Shown here in pieces: positions 13,849-26,096 of a stretch of 64,000 nt of DNA. Both the position numbers and the translations under genes were made by a program. Position 1 is the first letter of the stretch; the number at the start of each line of letters is the position of its first letter. The notes under the pieces were generated by a model that worked only from the letters and a program-made list of their open reading frames with translations, was not told the DNA's origin and ran no database searches. Origin of the DNA: Callorhinchus milii (lineage: Eukaryota); the NCBI RefSeq assembly GCF_018977255.1, contig NW_024704743.1:36148001-36212000 (forward strand). Reading direction: 5' to 3'.

Positions 13849-15498
13849 TACCTGAATAAGTCTTCTTAGTCGATCCAGTGCACCATGCAAAGGTGCTGTA
13901 TTGGGGGCATTAAATACATGGGCAGGGAAGGAAGCTTAGTTTATGATTTTTCCAGATGTTTTTAAGTAACAATAATCTTTGAATTTGATTTTGTGTCATG
14001 CATTTTGGTTCAGGGTCCTGAAGCACACTTCACAAAGATACTGAGTTTTTTTGATCCAACATGGTGAAACCATTCACCAGGCTAAAGAGCATCCAAACCA
14101 GCCAGAGAGTTCCAAATGTAGATAAAGAGATTGACAATAATTGCCTAACAGAGAGGAAGGGTGCCTTTGATGCATCTGAAGTATAAATACTCGACCACTG
14201 AATTACTGTAAGTTTTTTTTCAACCTCAGTACAATATTTTGCACAGAGTTGAACATCGATGCGGATTTTTAAATAACCTACTTTATTACCCATTAATAAG
14301 GCATAAATGAAAGATTCATGTTTGTAGCAAACATTATTAATAGACACCATTGTCAAGTAGGTTTAAAATAATGCTCTAAGGCACAATGGGCAGCATTGGT
14401 GATATTGTATTTGCCGAGGAAAATGCATAATGTCTCCACTCTGCAGGGAATCCTGTGAAGTGCTTTGAGACATCCTCCAGATGTAAAAGGCACTACATAA
14501 AATCAAGGATTATTATTATATATCAAGATACTTGTACCCGTCTATTGATCAGGGAACCATGCCTTTGACACGACTCACTCTCATTCACAATATAGCATTG
14601 TAACAGGGGGATAAACCCAGTCACTGTCTTTTATAGTTATTGGCGCTCAACCTAACCTAACAAGGGCTGGACTCCAATCAAGCACCAGCCCTAAGTGACA
14701 ATGGAGCATCAGTATATAGCTGGGGGATCATGAGAAGTGAGGGAAGTCTGGAATAGACAGATATAAAAAGGTTGAGCTTCCTTTTCATAATAAACCTTTC
14801 TTTTTTGGTTGGAAATGTTGTGCAACTTCTGTTTTTCAGGGGTGATCCATGCTCTCCTACAAACACATACACTTTGCCTATGCTATGTAACAAACATCAA
14901 ACATATGAAGAAAGGTGCTTAATTGTCAAGCATAGTGGCAATATTTTGCAGGTCAACATGGTGGTAGAACCAAAAAGAGAAAGCATATGACACACAGGTG
15001 TTTTTTTTAGCCAGCTGTATTGTAGAGTCTCAAACAGTATCAATATAAATATAATTCAACCCACTCACATAAAGTAATCTCCAGGGGTTTATTCCATTCC
15101 ATGCGCTAACCATAGCTATTTCATGGATGTTGACTTAAGCACTTTTCTATTCAATTCGCTGAGTTTAGTAAATTTACTTCAGTGAACTTATAAATAATTA
15201 TAATGACATTTTAAATTATAGATAACATTGCAAATGTAAAATGAAATGGTACATATAAAACTGCAATGGTTATTAATAAACTCTAACGGTCACAAACACA
15301 GCAGGTTAGCTCACATGACTGAATGCACTACATTGGCTGCACAGAGCAGAATAACAGCCCACTTCCCGCCCCATCCCCGTGATCTCATGGAAAAGGAATG
15401 CTGAGAATGGTGAGATTCCATGGGAAGAATATAATATAAAATCTGCAAATTGGTACTATTTAATCACTGGGAAATTGCTACTTTTGTTTCTTCTACAG

Positions 15499-15720
15499 CG
15501 AGCTGAAGCAGAAACTAAGCGAAGAAGGCAACAAGCGCAGCATCCTTTCTAAGCAGGAGAAGTTCAATGAGACTTGCTGTATCCGCTGCTGCAGACCCTT
15601 TACCTTTCTCATCAACACCAAGCGCCCATGCTTAGACTGTAAGTTCAACATCTGCAAGAACTGTGGCACATACAGCAAGAAAGACAAGATCTGGATCTGC
15701 ACAGTCTGTCAGCAGACTAG
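15499..15720 (+). CDS. MYRIP: Internal coding exon of a MYRIP (Slac2-c, Rab27 effector)-like gene: end of SHD1 helix plus FYVE-like double zinc finger of the Rab-binding domain
   Basis: Acceptor cttttgtttcttctacag| and donor AG|gtaagt flank 222 nt, phase 2 at both ends. Translation: ELKQKLSEEGNKRSILSKQEKFNETCCIRCCRPFTFLINTKRPCLDCKFNICKNCGTYSKKDKIWICTVCQQT(R). It has four CxxC pairs. The ELKQKL.EEG, CC.RCC.PFTFL.NTKR.C.DCKFN and W.C.VCQQ.R motifs match MYRIP as I recall it, better than the paralogue MLPH. Flanking exons were not found in the window. Confidence 0.88.
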
Positions 15721-17936
15721 GTAAGTAAGAGTTTTTTTCTTTTCTTCTTTGATATGTGAGGTTCTCAAATATCTTCATGACAAATGAGCATTTCCTAAAT
15801 GTTGATAGTTGAGTGACCTAATAGTTCTTGTTATGTGGGATATGCCTCTGTGGATCTGACGGACCGGAACGCTTGCTGCTTATAATAGTTACATGTCTTT
15901 GCGATTGTTTCATACTCTGTCAGAGGTCTAGGTTTGGAGATTATTTGATCTGTTGCCAGCAGCTACTCCACACAGTGCTTGTCAACTACCTCATGCAGAG
16001 TAGAGTAAAATCACAGTGTATTGAAGCAAATCCATAGCCACATTTACTTTCAGCAAACCTCCTTAAGTGTGCTAGGTACTGGCTGACTCATAATGGAAAA
16101 TAATAATAATCCTTGCACTTGATAGAGCATCTTATCACGCCTTTGCGACATCTCAAAGTACTTCACAGAATATACTGTAAAGTGAATTTACTGTATATTT
16201 TGAAAATAGTTAATCATTTGAAACCATCAGCACATCTCTTCAGTTTCATTGTTAAATTTGCTTCACGGCTCTGCTGTTTACATGCACTAATGTGAATAGA
16301 TTACTTTTGTAATTTTCAAGTGATTAAGATTTAACTAAATTATCAACTATTATGAAGAATAATAAGTAATAATAAACCTTGCATTTACATGTGCCCAGAA
16401 AATACACAAGTCAAAACCACTTTACAGTATATCCTGTGAAGTGCTTTGAGATGTTTCAATGACATGATAAGGCTCTATCTCAAATGCAAGAATTATTATT
16501 ATTATTTGATATAGTGCCTTTCACGTCAGATGGGAGTCTCAAATCTCTTCACAGGATTTACTATAAAGAGTAGTGACTGTATATTTTGTAGGAGAAAATA
16601 TCCATTTATTTTGAAGGAAAGGAGCTTTTAATCATGATGTTATGTAATATATTATGTAATAATCCTTACATTAGATATAGTGCCTTTTCAAGCAATCAAA
16701 GCGTCTCAAAGCACATCATAAGTTACGATATAAAGTGGTGTGATTATTTTTTGTCGGCGAATATAACGGAAATAGGATTAGGTATCGGGATACAGTGGAT
16801 ATAGGAGTTGGGAGATTTATTGAAAATATTTAATTTGTGGATCCACTGATCTTGATAATTGTGGGTAAAAAATAAGTATTTCATTATTTGGATGGAAGCC
16901 TAATAGCCCATGGCTGTTTCAAATGTGCAGTCAATGCCTAGTTCATACAGCAATTTTGTAAAGGAAACATGTAGAAGCATAGAGACAAACAAGATAAAAT
17001 CGAGCTTATAAAATGAGAAAAGACATTGTATGAACAAAACTCATATACTTCTTATTGGCAGCATCTATATATGAATAAAAAAATAATAAACACTTCCTAA
17101 TTATCAATTTTCTTTATAGAGAGTAGAGTTTTCACGGTTGTACAGTATGTGAGGCAGTTTGACTTGGGTACCTTATAATGAATTGCTTTTGGGTAAGAAA
17201 AGGATCTAACGATACTTCAGCAATAACCGTTCTGATTTCCATTCTCCTGGGAGTAGGTGCAGGCATGCTGGCTAAATATACACCCGCATAACTACAGTGT
17301 TGTTGAGACAGAGCCTCTTGTGTATCCATCATATAGACCTGATCACTATGATTTCTGCCTCAGGCTAGCAGTAAGAGTTTTATACTCTGGGGCGAAAGTA
17401 TAGCACACCACTGTAGGCCTTGAATTCCTTGCCAGTTCTCTTTTCCAAATATCATTCCTCGCTACTGCTTTTGTCTTTTCTTCCTCTTCTTTGTGTCTCT
17501 GTCTCTCCTCAGGTGGTTTGTTTCTTTTCTTCCCCTGGATTACTTATGCCCAATGCTTCCCCTTCTATTGCCTGTTGTGTTCTTGACAACCTGGTGCTCC
17601 TTCCTCGTGCCCCTCTCTTGTCTCCTCTGTTATTGTCTGTGGACGCTTTCTGTCAGAGAAAGAGTCAGGAACTATACTAGAATAAAATAAATGCCTTGTT
17701 TCTAAATGTTCTCACTATCTTCCTTGTGGTTACAGCATGCTTCAACATTCAATCATTTTTTGTCAAGGAGAGCAGATTCCCTCTCCTTAGCAAATCAGCA
17801 CTAGGAAATATTTCACCATAACAAGTGTTATGGTGGGAGTTGTGTTTGAGTGGTGTGGTGTGAAGTGGGAATGTTGCGGTGGGAGTGTTGTGGTGGTAGT
17901 GCGGTGTATGAGTAATGCTGCAGTTCTCAAACATGT

Positions 17937-18100
17937 ACAACAACAAAATTACATTTGTAAAGCGCCTTTCACATTGGGAGGACGTCCCACGTCACTGAAC
18001 AGTCAGGAGCAGGGCCCAAACTTGACGGAGGCGGGGTTGGCATGAGGGAGGGAAGAGAGGTAGGAGGGTGGCTGAAGGCATGGTTGAAAAGGAGGGTCTT
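17937..18100 (-). mobile_element. L2 3' end fragment
   Basis: acaacaacaaaattacatttgtaaagcgcctttcacattgggaggacgtcccac. Confidence 0.8.
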
Positions 18101-18265
18101 GCCAAACTAATGTAAGTTTTGTTTGGTGGAGGAAAGAGTGGCCTTTTCTCACTTCATGCTTCCTTACATTAATGGGACATTACCTGATACTGTCTGTCTC
18201 AGAACAAGACAGAGGATTGAGTGAAGGAACCTCTTATTTTCCATGGCTCAATGCCACTCAGTGGA

Positions 18266-18465
18266 CAACAACAACTTGCATTTATATAGCCCCCTCACAC
18301 AGGGTGGCATCCCAGAGCGCTTGACAGTGGCGGAGCACGACACTAAATCAGGGGGCGGGGCAGGTGACCATAAGCATGGTCGAAGAGGAAGGTCTTCAGG
18401 CACAGACTGAAGATGGGGAAGGAGGGGGCAAGGTGGAGGGATTGAGGGAGTGTTCCAAAGTTTTG
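18266..18465 (-). mobile_element. L2 3' end fragment (second tail type)
   Basis: caacaacaacttgcatttatatagccccctcacacagggtggcatcccagagcgc. Confidence 0.8.
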
Positions 18466-21400
18466 AGGTGTACTCTATTTTTCCAATGTGTACAACACTG
18501 AACTCCCCAAATTCATATTATGTATATGTTTTAGCACTTGTTATTGGTTAGAACAACAAAAATAAAAGGCATATGATATAAATGTCTTTGATCAAATGCT
18601 GTGCAACATTGTCAAAAGAAAATTAGCTGTGGGATAAAATTATACAGACTATCTTTGCAATGGTGCTCAAAAGGTGGCATTGCAAAGAGTTCGCTAGTGA
18701 TTTGCAATTCGTTTAAATAAAAATGTAAGATCGGAAATTCTACTGTGGTTTTCAGATGTAGAAAACATTCATCTTTTTGTATGTTTATTTTAAGGCAGTT
18801 TGTCAGTGCAATGCCATATGATTTTACTGGCACATTTCAAATTAAATGCATGTACTGTGACAGCTATTTGACATAAAATGATAGAAATTTGTCTTATATC
18901 AGGATGAAAAACTGTGAAAAGTAATCTGCATCTCACATGAAACCAATCTGCTGGCAGAGTACCTTTTGATAAATATTCGACAATTCAATTCACTGCAGTA
19001 TCTTAACCAGTGACCCTAATTTAGGGATCCAAAACTGAAGTTGTTTGATAACAAGAAATAACAAGAAGTCAATATTAAACAGGCGAATTTGCAGCTATAG
19101 GCAGATTAACTCGGTCACACAATTTGTTTGTTTGCTGCTGGGTGAGATTGAAGCTCCAATGTACTGTCTCTTCAAGGAAGGTAGTTCTTTACAGTAGATT
19201 TATTTATCTGAGATGTGACTGAATGAAGTCCAAGCACCTGAGTCATCATCCATTATCATCTTTAAACCTGACTAAACCAGCACTCTTTGAGAAGGATCAC
19301 ATTATTGCCAACTTACGATTTGTGGCTATCTTTAGTGTGTAAAGATGGATCATTCATTGGTTAAAATGTCCTGCAGCATTGACTACAGTATTTAGCCTTT
19401 TTTTCAGGAAAAAAAACACCTCATTGTTGGATGTTTGCCTATAGGAGCATTCTGCTAAGCCAAATACTGTCCTAAACTAGACGTGCACACAGTTACGGAC
19501 GAGGCCACTAGAGTAGGAACTCTGGCTGATTTTTCCCTACATAGCCTGCAGATGTCAAGGCCATCTCTACTCCTCCTGAGACTGGCTAACCCAGGACAGA
19601 CTAGGGATTGAATGTAGCACCTTCCTGCTTTGCCTGACTGAGTGCCCCTTAAAGCAGCTCATTTTCTCCATAAACTATCTGTAGACCTCCAATTTCAATC
19701 ATTTTAACTGTTACCGCTGTGGTGCCAAATTAATTTGAGGATGAATCTTTGTAATCCAGGCTTTAGATGTTAGCAAATAGAACACAATATACCCAAGAGT
19801 CTGCACACAATACAGATCGAACTGTGAACTCTGAAGTGACTTCTACGTTGCCTTTGTAGATGTGTGTATAAATAACAGACCTCCATATAAACTTATCTTT
19901 GGGTACCCATTACTCACTGTCACAGTAATAATAAATAATAATCCATGCATTTAATATAGCACTTGATCACGTCATTGAGATGTTTCAAAGCTCTTCACAA
20001 AATATACTGTAAAGTGAATTGACTGTGTATTCTGAAGTTGAAATGTGGCTGGAAATGGCATCTGTAACTGCAGTAAGCCCAAACCACCTGTATTTGCCCA
20101 TATTTATACGTTGCTGAAGAACATAGCACAGTCGCGCAAAACAGTACTCCACAAACAGGTATGGATTGAGTGAGTGACCAAATCTATTTATTTATTTGAA
20201 TATATATGCATTTTCTTTCATATAGCGCCTTTTATGTCAGGAGGGCATCTCAAGACACTTCACAGGATTTACAGTAAAGTGTAGGGACTTTATTATGTGG
20301 GTAGGGCGAAACATTGGGCAAGTTTCCTTACTCCACACACCTCTGTTTACCTTGCAGTAAGTAGGAACCCGATTGTCAGTCGATTGTTGGATTGCTTTTC
20401 CAGGGGTAATAATCCCTTCTAAAAAATAATAATAATAAATTGATCACTTCAATCCATGACTGTTTGTGGGACACTGCTTTGCGCAATTGGCGCCAATCTG
20501 GAGCATCTTTGAGTGTATGCGAAAGGCACTACTCACTAGTATTTGTAATTTACTACTAATTATCATTATTATAAAGACTCTTATAAAGAAAGAGTGAAGC
20601 TTCTAAGTGATGGATTAGCATTTCCCCCAGACTGAGTGAGGAATGCTTTATTGCTAACAGAATGAGAAATGCTCTCACCATGTAAACTGGCAGATCCCTC
20701 TTAGTGCATCTATGAATGTTTTTGTTAAGCATGTCCTCTCCTATTTCCAAGAGGCACTCACCTAACTCTACACATGAGGCTTCAGTCAAAATTGATCTTG
20801 TTTATGAATCTTACTCCCGTTTTGGATGAGACATAGTGTGGGTATTCTGGAAGGATGAGATCAAATGGCCTGAAGGACGTTCTTTACATAAAACAATCTT
20901 GTAATCTAGTAATTTAGTAAAGCTTTCAGTGATATATATTCTCCACTTCTATCAGCTGGTAGGAAACAATGCCCCCTAAAGGACTGTTGTACATGAGTAT
21001 TATTTAATCTAGTTTTGTTTTCTAGGATCATTATGTATGAGTAATCCAATTCTTTCTCCAAACGTGATTGTCTTTGAATCAATCACCCAGTTTGTTCAGG
21101 ATGTGTCAATGTCTTGCTTCTATTATCAAAGCAGTGTTGTCCTACTGGGGAGCATTATCCTTGCTATATATAAGGGGTAATGAATGATATATCATTGATC
21201 ACTCACCATCGGTTACAATATTCTTTTTTCTTTGAATTACATTTATCCTTACATCTGTTTCCCACCCTTCTCAGTCTTGTTCTGTGAATCCAGATGGATT
21301 CTTGCATTTTGTGCTGCTATTGAGTAATGGTGTAGTTGTATGACTATGTTCGCCTACAAAATACACAGTCACTACACTCTACCGTAAATCCTGTGAAGCG

Positions 21401-22139
21401 CTTTGAGCCATTTCAATGAAGTGAAAAGGTGCTATATCAAAAGCAAAGATTATTATTATGACATATGTGACATATTGTAAGATTGTTCAGTTTACCACCA
21501 TTATTTGGAAAATAAAAGGTTTGTAGAATAAGGAATATTGGGGATGAAAATCTGATATTTTTTACCAAACTTGGTACATTATTAAAATATATATTGAATA
21601 TGCTATTGAACTGTTAAAACACATCAGAATTTTCAATCTAATTCTAAAGACAAGCTCTATAGTATATTCATTCATCTGATATCAGTCTCAGCAGGATTAC
21701 GAGAATACTCAAGACTGGGATCTTCACTTAAGAGTCATGTTCAGAGTACTTTAAAAGCTGAAAAAGCATTGTTTCATGAATCATCATTCAACTTACTCCT
21801 TGAGTGTTCAATAATACCATTGACAACTATTAACTGTAAACATACAGCCTTTAATCTCTCTGGTCCTTTGTGAATGAGAAATTGATTTGAAATAGAATAG
21901 TTCAGACAACGTGATCAAACCATGTTGGTTGTTTTTAAAATGCGTTTCTGTCTTACAAAGTGATGGGAAACATTTTCTACAGTTTTAATAGGAAACTAAT
22001 ATTTGATTGCAGCAAAAATAACATGATTCAGTCCTACATATGTTGTTTATTATTTATTTTACAAATCCTATTTGGAATGTTTTTTTCAAATGTTTGCCTT
22101 CTCCAATCCTCTCCCTTCTCTTCTTGATGGTAGTAAATC

Positions 22140-22650
22140 TTGCCGGGATGAAGCTGTGCAGATGCCACATGTACCTCGTCCAAAAGCCCAACAACCCATT
22201 CTTGTGACTGAGCTCAGTCATTGAGTGTCAGCAGGATATGCAACCTAACAACCACCACAACTTACATTTGTATAACGCCTTTCACATTAGGAGGATGTCC
22301 CAAAGCCCTGGACAGTCAGGGATCCGCACCAAACCTGGTGGTTGGGATCAGGAAAGGTGGAGGGTAGGAGGGTGACCGAAGGCATGGTCGAATACAGGAA
22401 GGAAAGGGGAAGAATCACAAACCAGATCCATTGCTGCCTGTACACACACACTTTCTAACAGGGATCATTGAGAGCAAGGTTTCCTGCTGCTTTATATTTT
22501 CCCTTGCAATCCCAGAGACACATATAAACCACTTGTATTGCACTATTACCCAAACAGCTGAGACCAGCTAACTCAACACAGACTAGGGTTCAATTCAAAC
22601 ATCTGTTACCTAACACTAGGAAGTGCATTCATCAACTGAGCAGTGGGGTT
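22140..22650 (-). mobile_element. Ancient tRNA-type SINE with an L2 tail (~22250-22392) inserted; related pieces near 8270-8530, 19500-19650, 43020-43090, 57560-57630 and 63030-63200
   Basis: A recurrent gaccagctaactcaacacagactagggttcaa-type head and a similar body are seen at several positions. Family name not established. Confidence 0.5.
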
Positions 22651-25600
22651 AGAAGTTTATTACTCTGCTTCTACTGTATTTCTGCAGGAATTTTAGGATA
22701 TTAAATGCGATAGACCTTTTAATATTTTCTAAATTTTTAGTACTAAAGTGTTGCTGACCAGTAACCAAATTGATATTTTTGAGTGACACAGATATGAAAA
22801 ATTATTCAACAGCTATTTTAAGATTTTAATGCCAAAAAAGCTTGGCTTTGTTCACGTGTCATAAATTGTTTATTCCTTGTGCAGTCATGAATATCCTGGA
22901 AACATTGCTTGTATGATGACACCAACAGACATTTTATTTACCACTTAAAGGCCCTTGTTATGTAATGAGACACTGTGTGGCAGAACATGGTGATAGTCAG
23001 TGGTGTTGAAGCACGACAGGAAGGCTCAAAAACCAGGAAAAAGAAGATAGAACAGACAATAAGTAACACAAGTTGTTTGGGAGTATTTGTCTTTTGCTGC
23101 AGTCTGTTGATGGATATCATGAGAGCTCTATTGATTGTATTGTAGCTAATCCCTTCATTGCTTCATCTCTGCTATCAGTGTATTTACCACAATAGTGGCA
23201 AGTGATTTTTCTATATCATTTTCAAACATCAGCATTACAACTGTGCCGCAAAATCTCAAGCTGAATTAACCTCAGGTAGGATTAACAAAAAATAAATTTT
23301 TTAGTTCAATATATTTTGAACAGTTCATTTTCAATAAAAGTGCTATTTTATTACTTTTGTTTTCATTAAATCGTAAAGGTAAACGTACATCAAGTTATGA
23401 TGGGGGTTGGGGGTATCTAAGTTGTTTTAATTGAGAAAAACTGAAGACAGACCCCAACCAATAATATTGTAGTATTAATCTTAACAGTTTTTTAAATTAA
23501 TGTGTTATTATTAATAATAATGTTTTAAATGAATAGTTATTATTATTAATATAAGTATCAATTATTACAATAATTAATATTATTGCATTTTATATAGCAC
23601 ATTAAAAGCATAAAAAGCATTGCTTCATGAATCACTTTCATTCAACTTACTGCTTGACTAAATTTTACTGTCAAGTGTAAAGTGAGGTGACTCTATTTGT
23701 AGACAAACACAGCCATGTACCAGAAAGTGAATGTCCAACTTTATCTCGGTGTTTGTTGGTCAAGGGACACCAGGAGAAACTCCCACAGCCCAGTATAACT
23801 TGAGGGAGAAAGCACATACATCAGGTAGAATGAACACAGGAGTATCGTAGGGCTGACGGCTCATAGGAAATAGAAACCAAGGAAAATATAATAATAATCC
23901 TTGCATTTGATATAGCGCCCTATCACGTCATTGAGACGTCTCAAAGTGCTTCACGGAGTATACTGTTAAGTGAACTGGCTGTATGTTTTTTGGTGATGGG
24001 TTAGATAGTGGGGAAAGTAAAACAATCCAAGGGAAACTTTGATTAAAATAGCTTTCACTCTTAACTTGTCAATAATTGGACCGGAGGAGGTCAGTGATAA
24101 ATGGCTATTAAAAATCTGATGTCATTTGAATATTAATGAGGTATCAGTGCAGGAAAATTGCATTGGAAAGTACTTAGAAGGAAATGAAAGTGGAAGGAGA
24201 TGCAGCTCTTGCTGACATGATTCATGGTTCATTGAACACACTGCTTGTACCATTAGACTGACAATAGTCTGGATTATGTATTTCAAGTGATTGGAAGTGT
24301 CATAAAGTCCATTGAGCTCTGATACAGAAGTGAAACCGGATTCCAATGAAGGCAAATGTATTTTAGTTATGGACATCCACATGAAGTATCCAGGTATGGG
24401 ATCTTTGAACCAGCATCTCAAACTAGATGGCAAGGTCCAATCCAGGTAAGTACCGGGCTTCGAGAGAGTGACACATGTACAACACACAGATGGTTAGACA
24501 CTTACACACACCAAGATAGAGAGAGACAGACACACACATACCCACAAAGACTTGATACCCATACTGTGTTCATATCCCCAAATATTCTGATCTCGATTTG
24601 TGCAAATATCAGGTTATGATATCACTTTTATGTCTGAATTCTAAAGAATTGTATTGCTAAATCCTGAAAAGACAAGCTATATTAAAGGTATGTCCTACAA
24701 AATAGGGTGGTTCTAGTTCACAGGAGACAACGTCTGCTGATGTGAATTGCCTTAATACAAGAAAAGTTCTTAAAGCCTTTTAAATTATAACAGTAGGTCA
24801 CGTCTAACAAATATATTTAAATAGTTGTATGTAATACTGTTGGTGGCAATTAATAATTAAGATATATTCATCTAGATAAATAAATATTCATTGGACACTG
24901 AATAAAGTGGCTCACAAGAGACTAATGTGAAATGCTTCAGGTGTGAGGGCATAGTAAATTTGATAATAAATTAATTAAATTACAGGACACAAAGTGTAGT
25001 GATTAATAGTGTTCGTCTAATTGGACTTCTGTGTTTTATGGAGTCATCAAATGGTTAGTGTGGGCCCTCTGTTTCTCCGCAAACCTGATGTCCTAAAGTC
25101 AATTGTAGCTTTCCATTGCTGTCCTGGTTGAAGATCAGCTAACTCACTATGCAATAGAATTGAGCCTGACTGGTACCAATTTGAATAAGCTTCCAAATTG
25201 CAAAAAGCTGCAAATTCTGCATGTGCAGCAGACAACAGGACACATGCTGTGTCTGAAACACGAGCTCTACTTCCTATACAGAGGGGTAAAAGCTGCCAGC
25301 TTGACAAATAGAACCAGGCGTCATTGCAATCGGTTTCGTCCTTGAGCCTTGCTTTGGTCTTCTTGCTGTGATGCTGATGGATGATTTTTGGGCCAGGTGT
25401 TTTGCTTAAACAAAATTCTGTCTATTGGCAATTTTCAGTGAAAAGTGTGAATTGTGGCAATTGTTTCGAGAAGGTTGGCTCATCTATCACTTCAGTCCCC
25501 AGGCACTGTGCAGTGTTTGCTTAATGAGAAAAATTGAGTAAAGTTTTTGTCACCACCGGGCTCTTCCCATTAAGAGTCTTCAAAAAAGCAGCAAGGAATC

Positions 25601-25698
25601 AGATGCTTTGTGTTTATTATGGGTTTATTGCACCAAGGAAGAGGTTTATGACATGAGGCAAAGCAGATTTTTAATCTTCAATAGATTGGATATATCTT

Positions 25699-26014
25699 GT
25701 GGAGTCCTGTAGCTCAGTGGTTAGAGCACTCGCTTTGCAAGTGAGAGACCTGAGTTCAATTCCAGGCAGGGCGAAACCTTGGGCAAGTTTCCTTACTCCA
25801 CACGTCTAATAATAATCCCTCCAAAAAACAAAACAATAATAAATTGGTCATTTTCAATCCATGACTGTTTGTGGGACACTGCTGTGCGCAATTGGCTGCC
25901 GCGTTCACCCACAAATATACAGTCAATTCACTTTACAGTATATTTTGTGAAGCGCTTTGGGACGTCTAGAAGACGTGAAAAGCGCTATATCAAATGCAAG
26001 GATTATTATTATTA
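25699..26014 (+). mobile_element. Full-length young tRNA-Ala-derived SINE (Deu-type body, L2-like 3' tail)
   Basis: Head gtggagtcctgTAGCTCAGTGGttagagcactcgcttTGCaagtgagagacctGAGTTCAATTCC has A and B boxes and a TGC anticodon. Body gtttgtgggacactgctgtgcgcaattggctgccgcg; (ATT)n tail. Confidence 0.93.
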
Positions 26015-26096
26015 GTTTTACTTTATTGTTAACCCTTCAAACTTCCTGATTTCAATCATAGAAGCATGTGTCAGCTGGTTCAGTTGGTAGTACTCA

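Noticed and set aside
15493..15702. Minus-strand 69-aa ORF
   Set aside because: Antisense shadow of the real MYRIP-like exon.
25699..25775. tRNA-Ala(TGC)-like cloverleaf (also at 51130, 56694, ~46000 and ~13780)
   Set aside because: Poor acceptor stem and always fused to the same body and (ATT)n tail: these are SINE heads, not tRNA genes.
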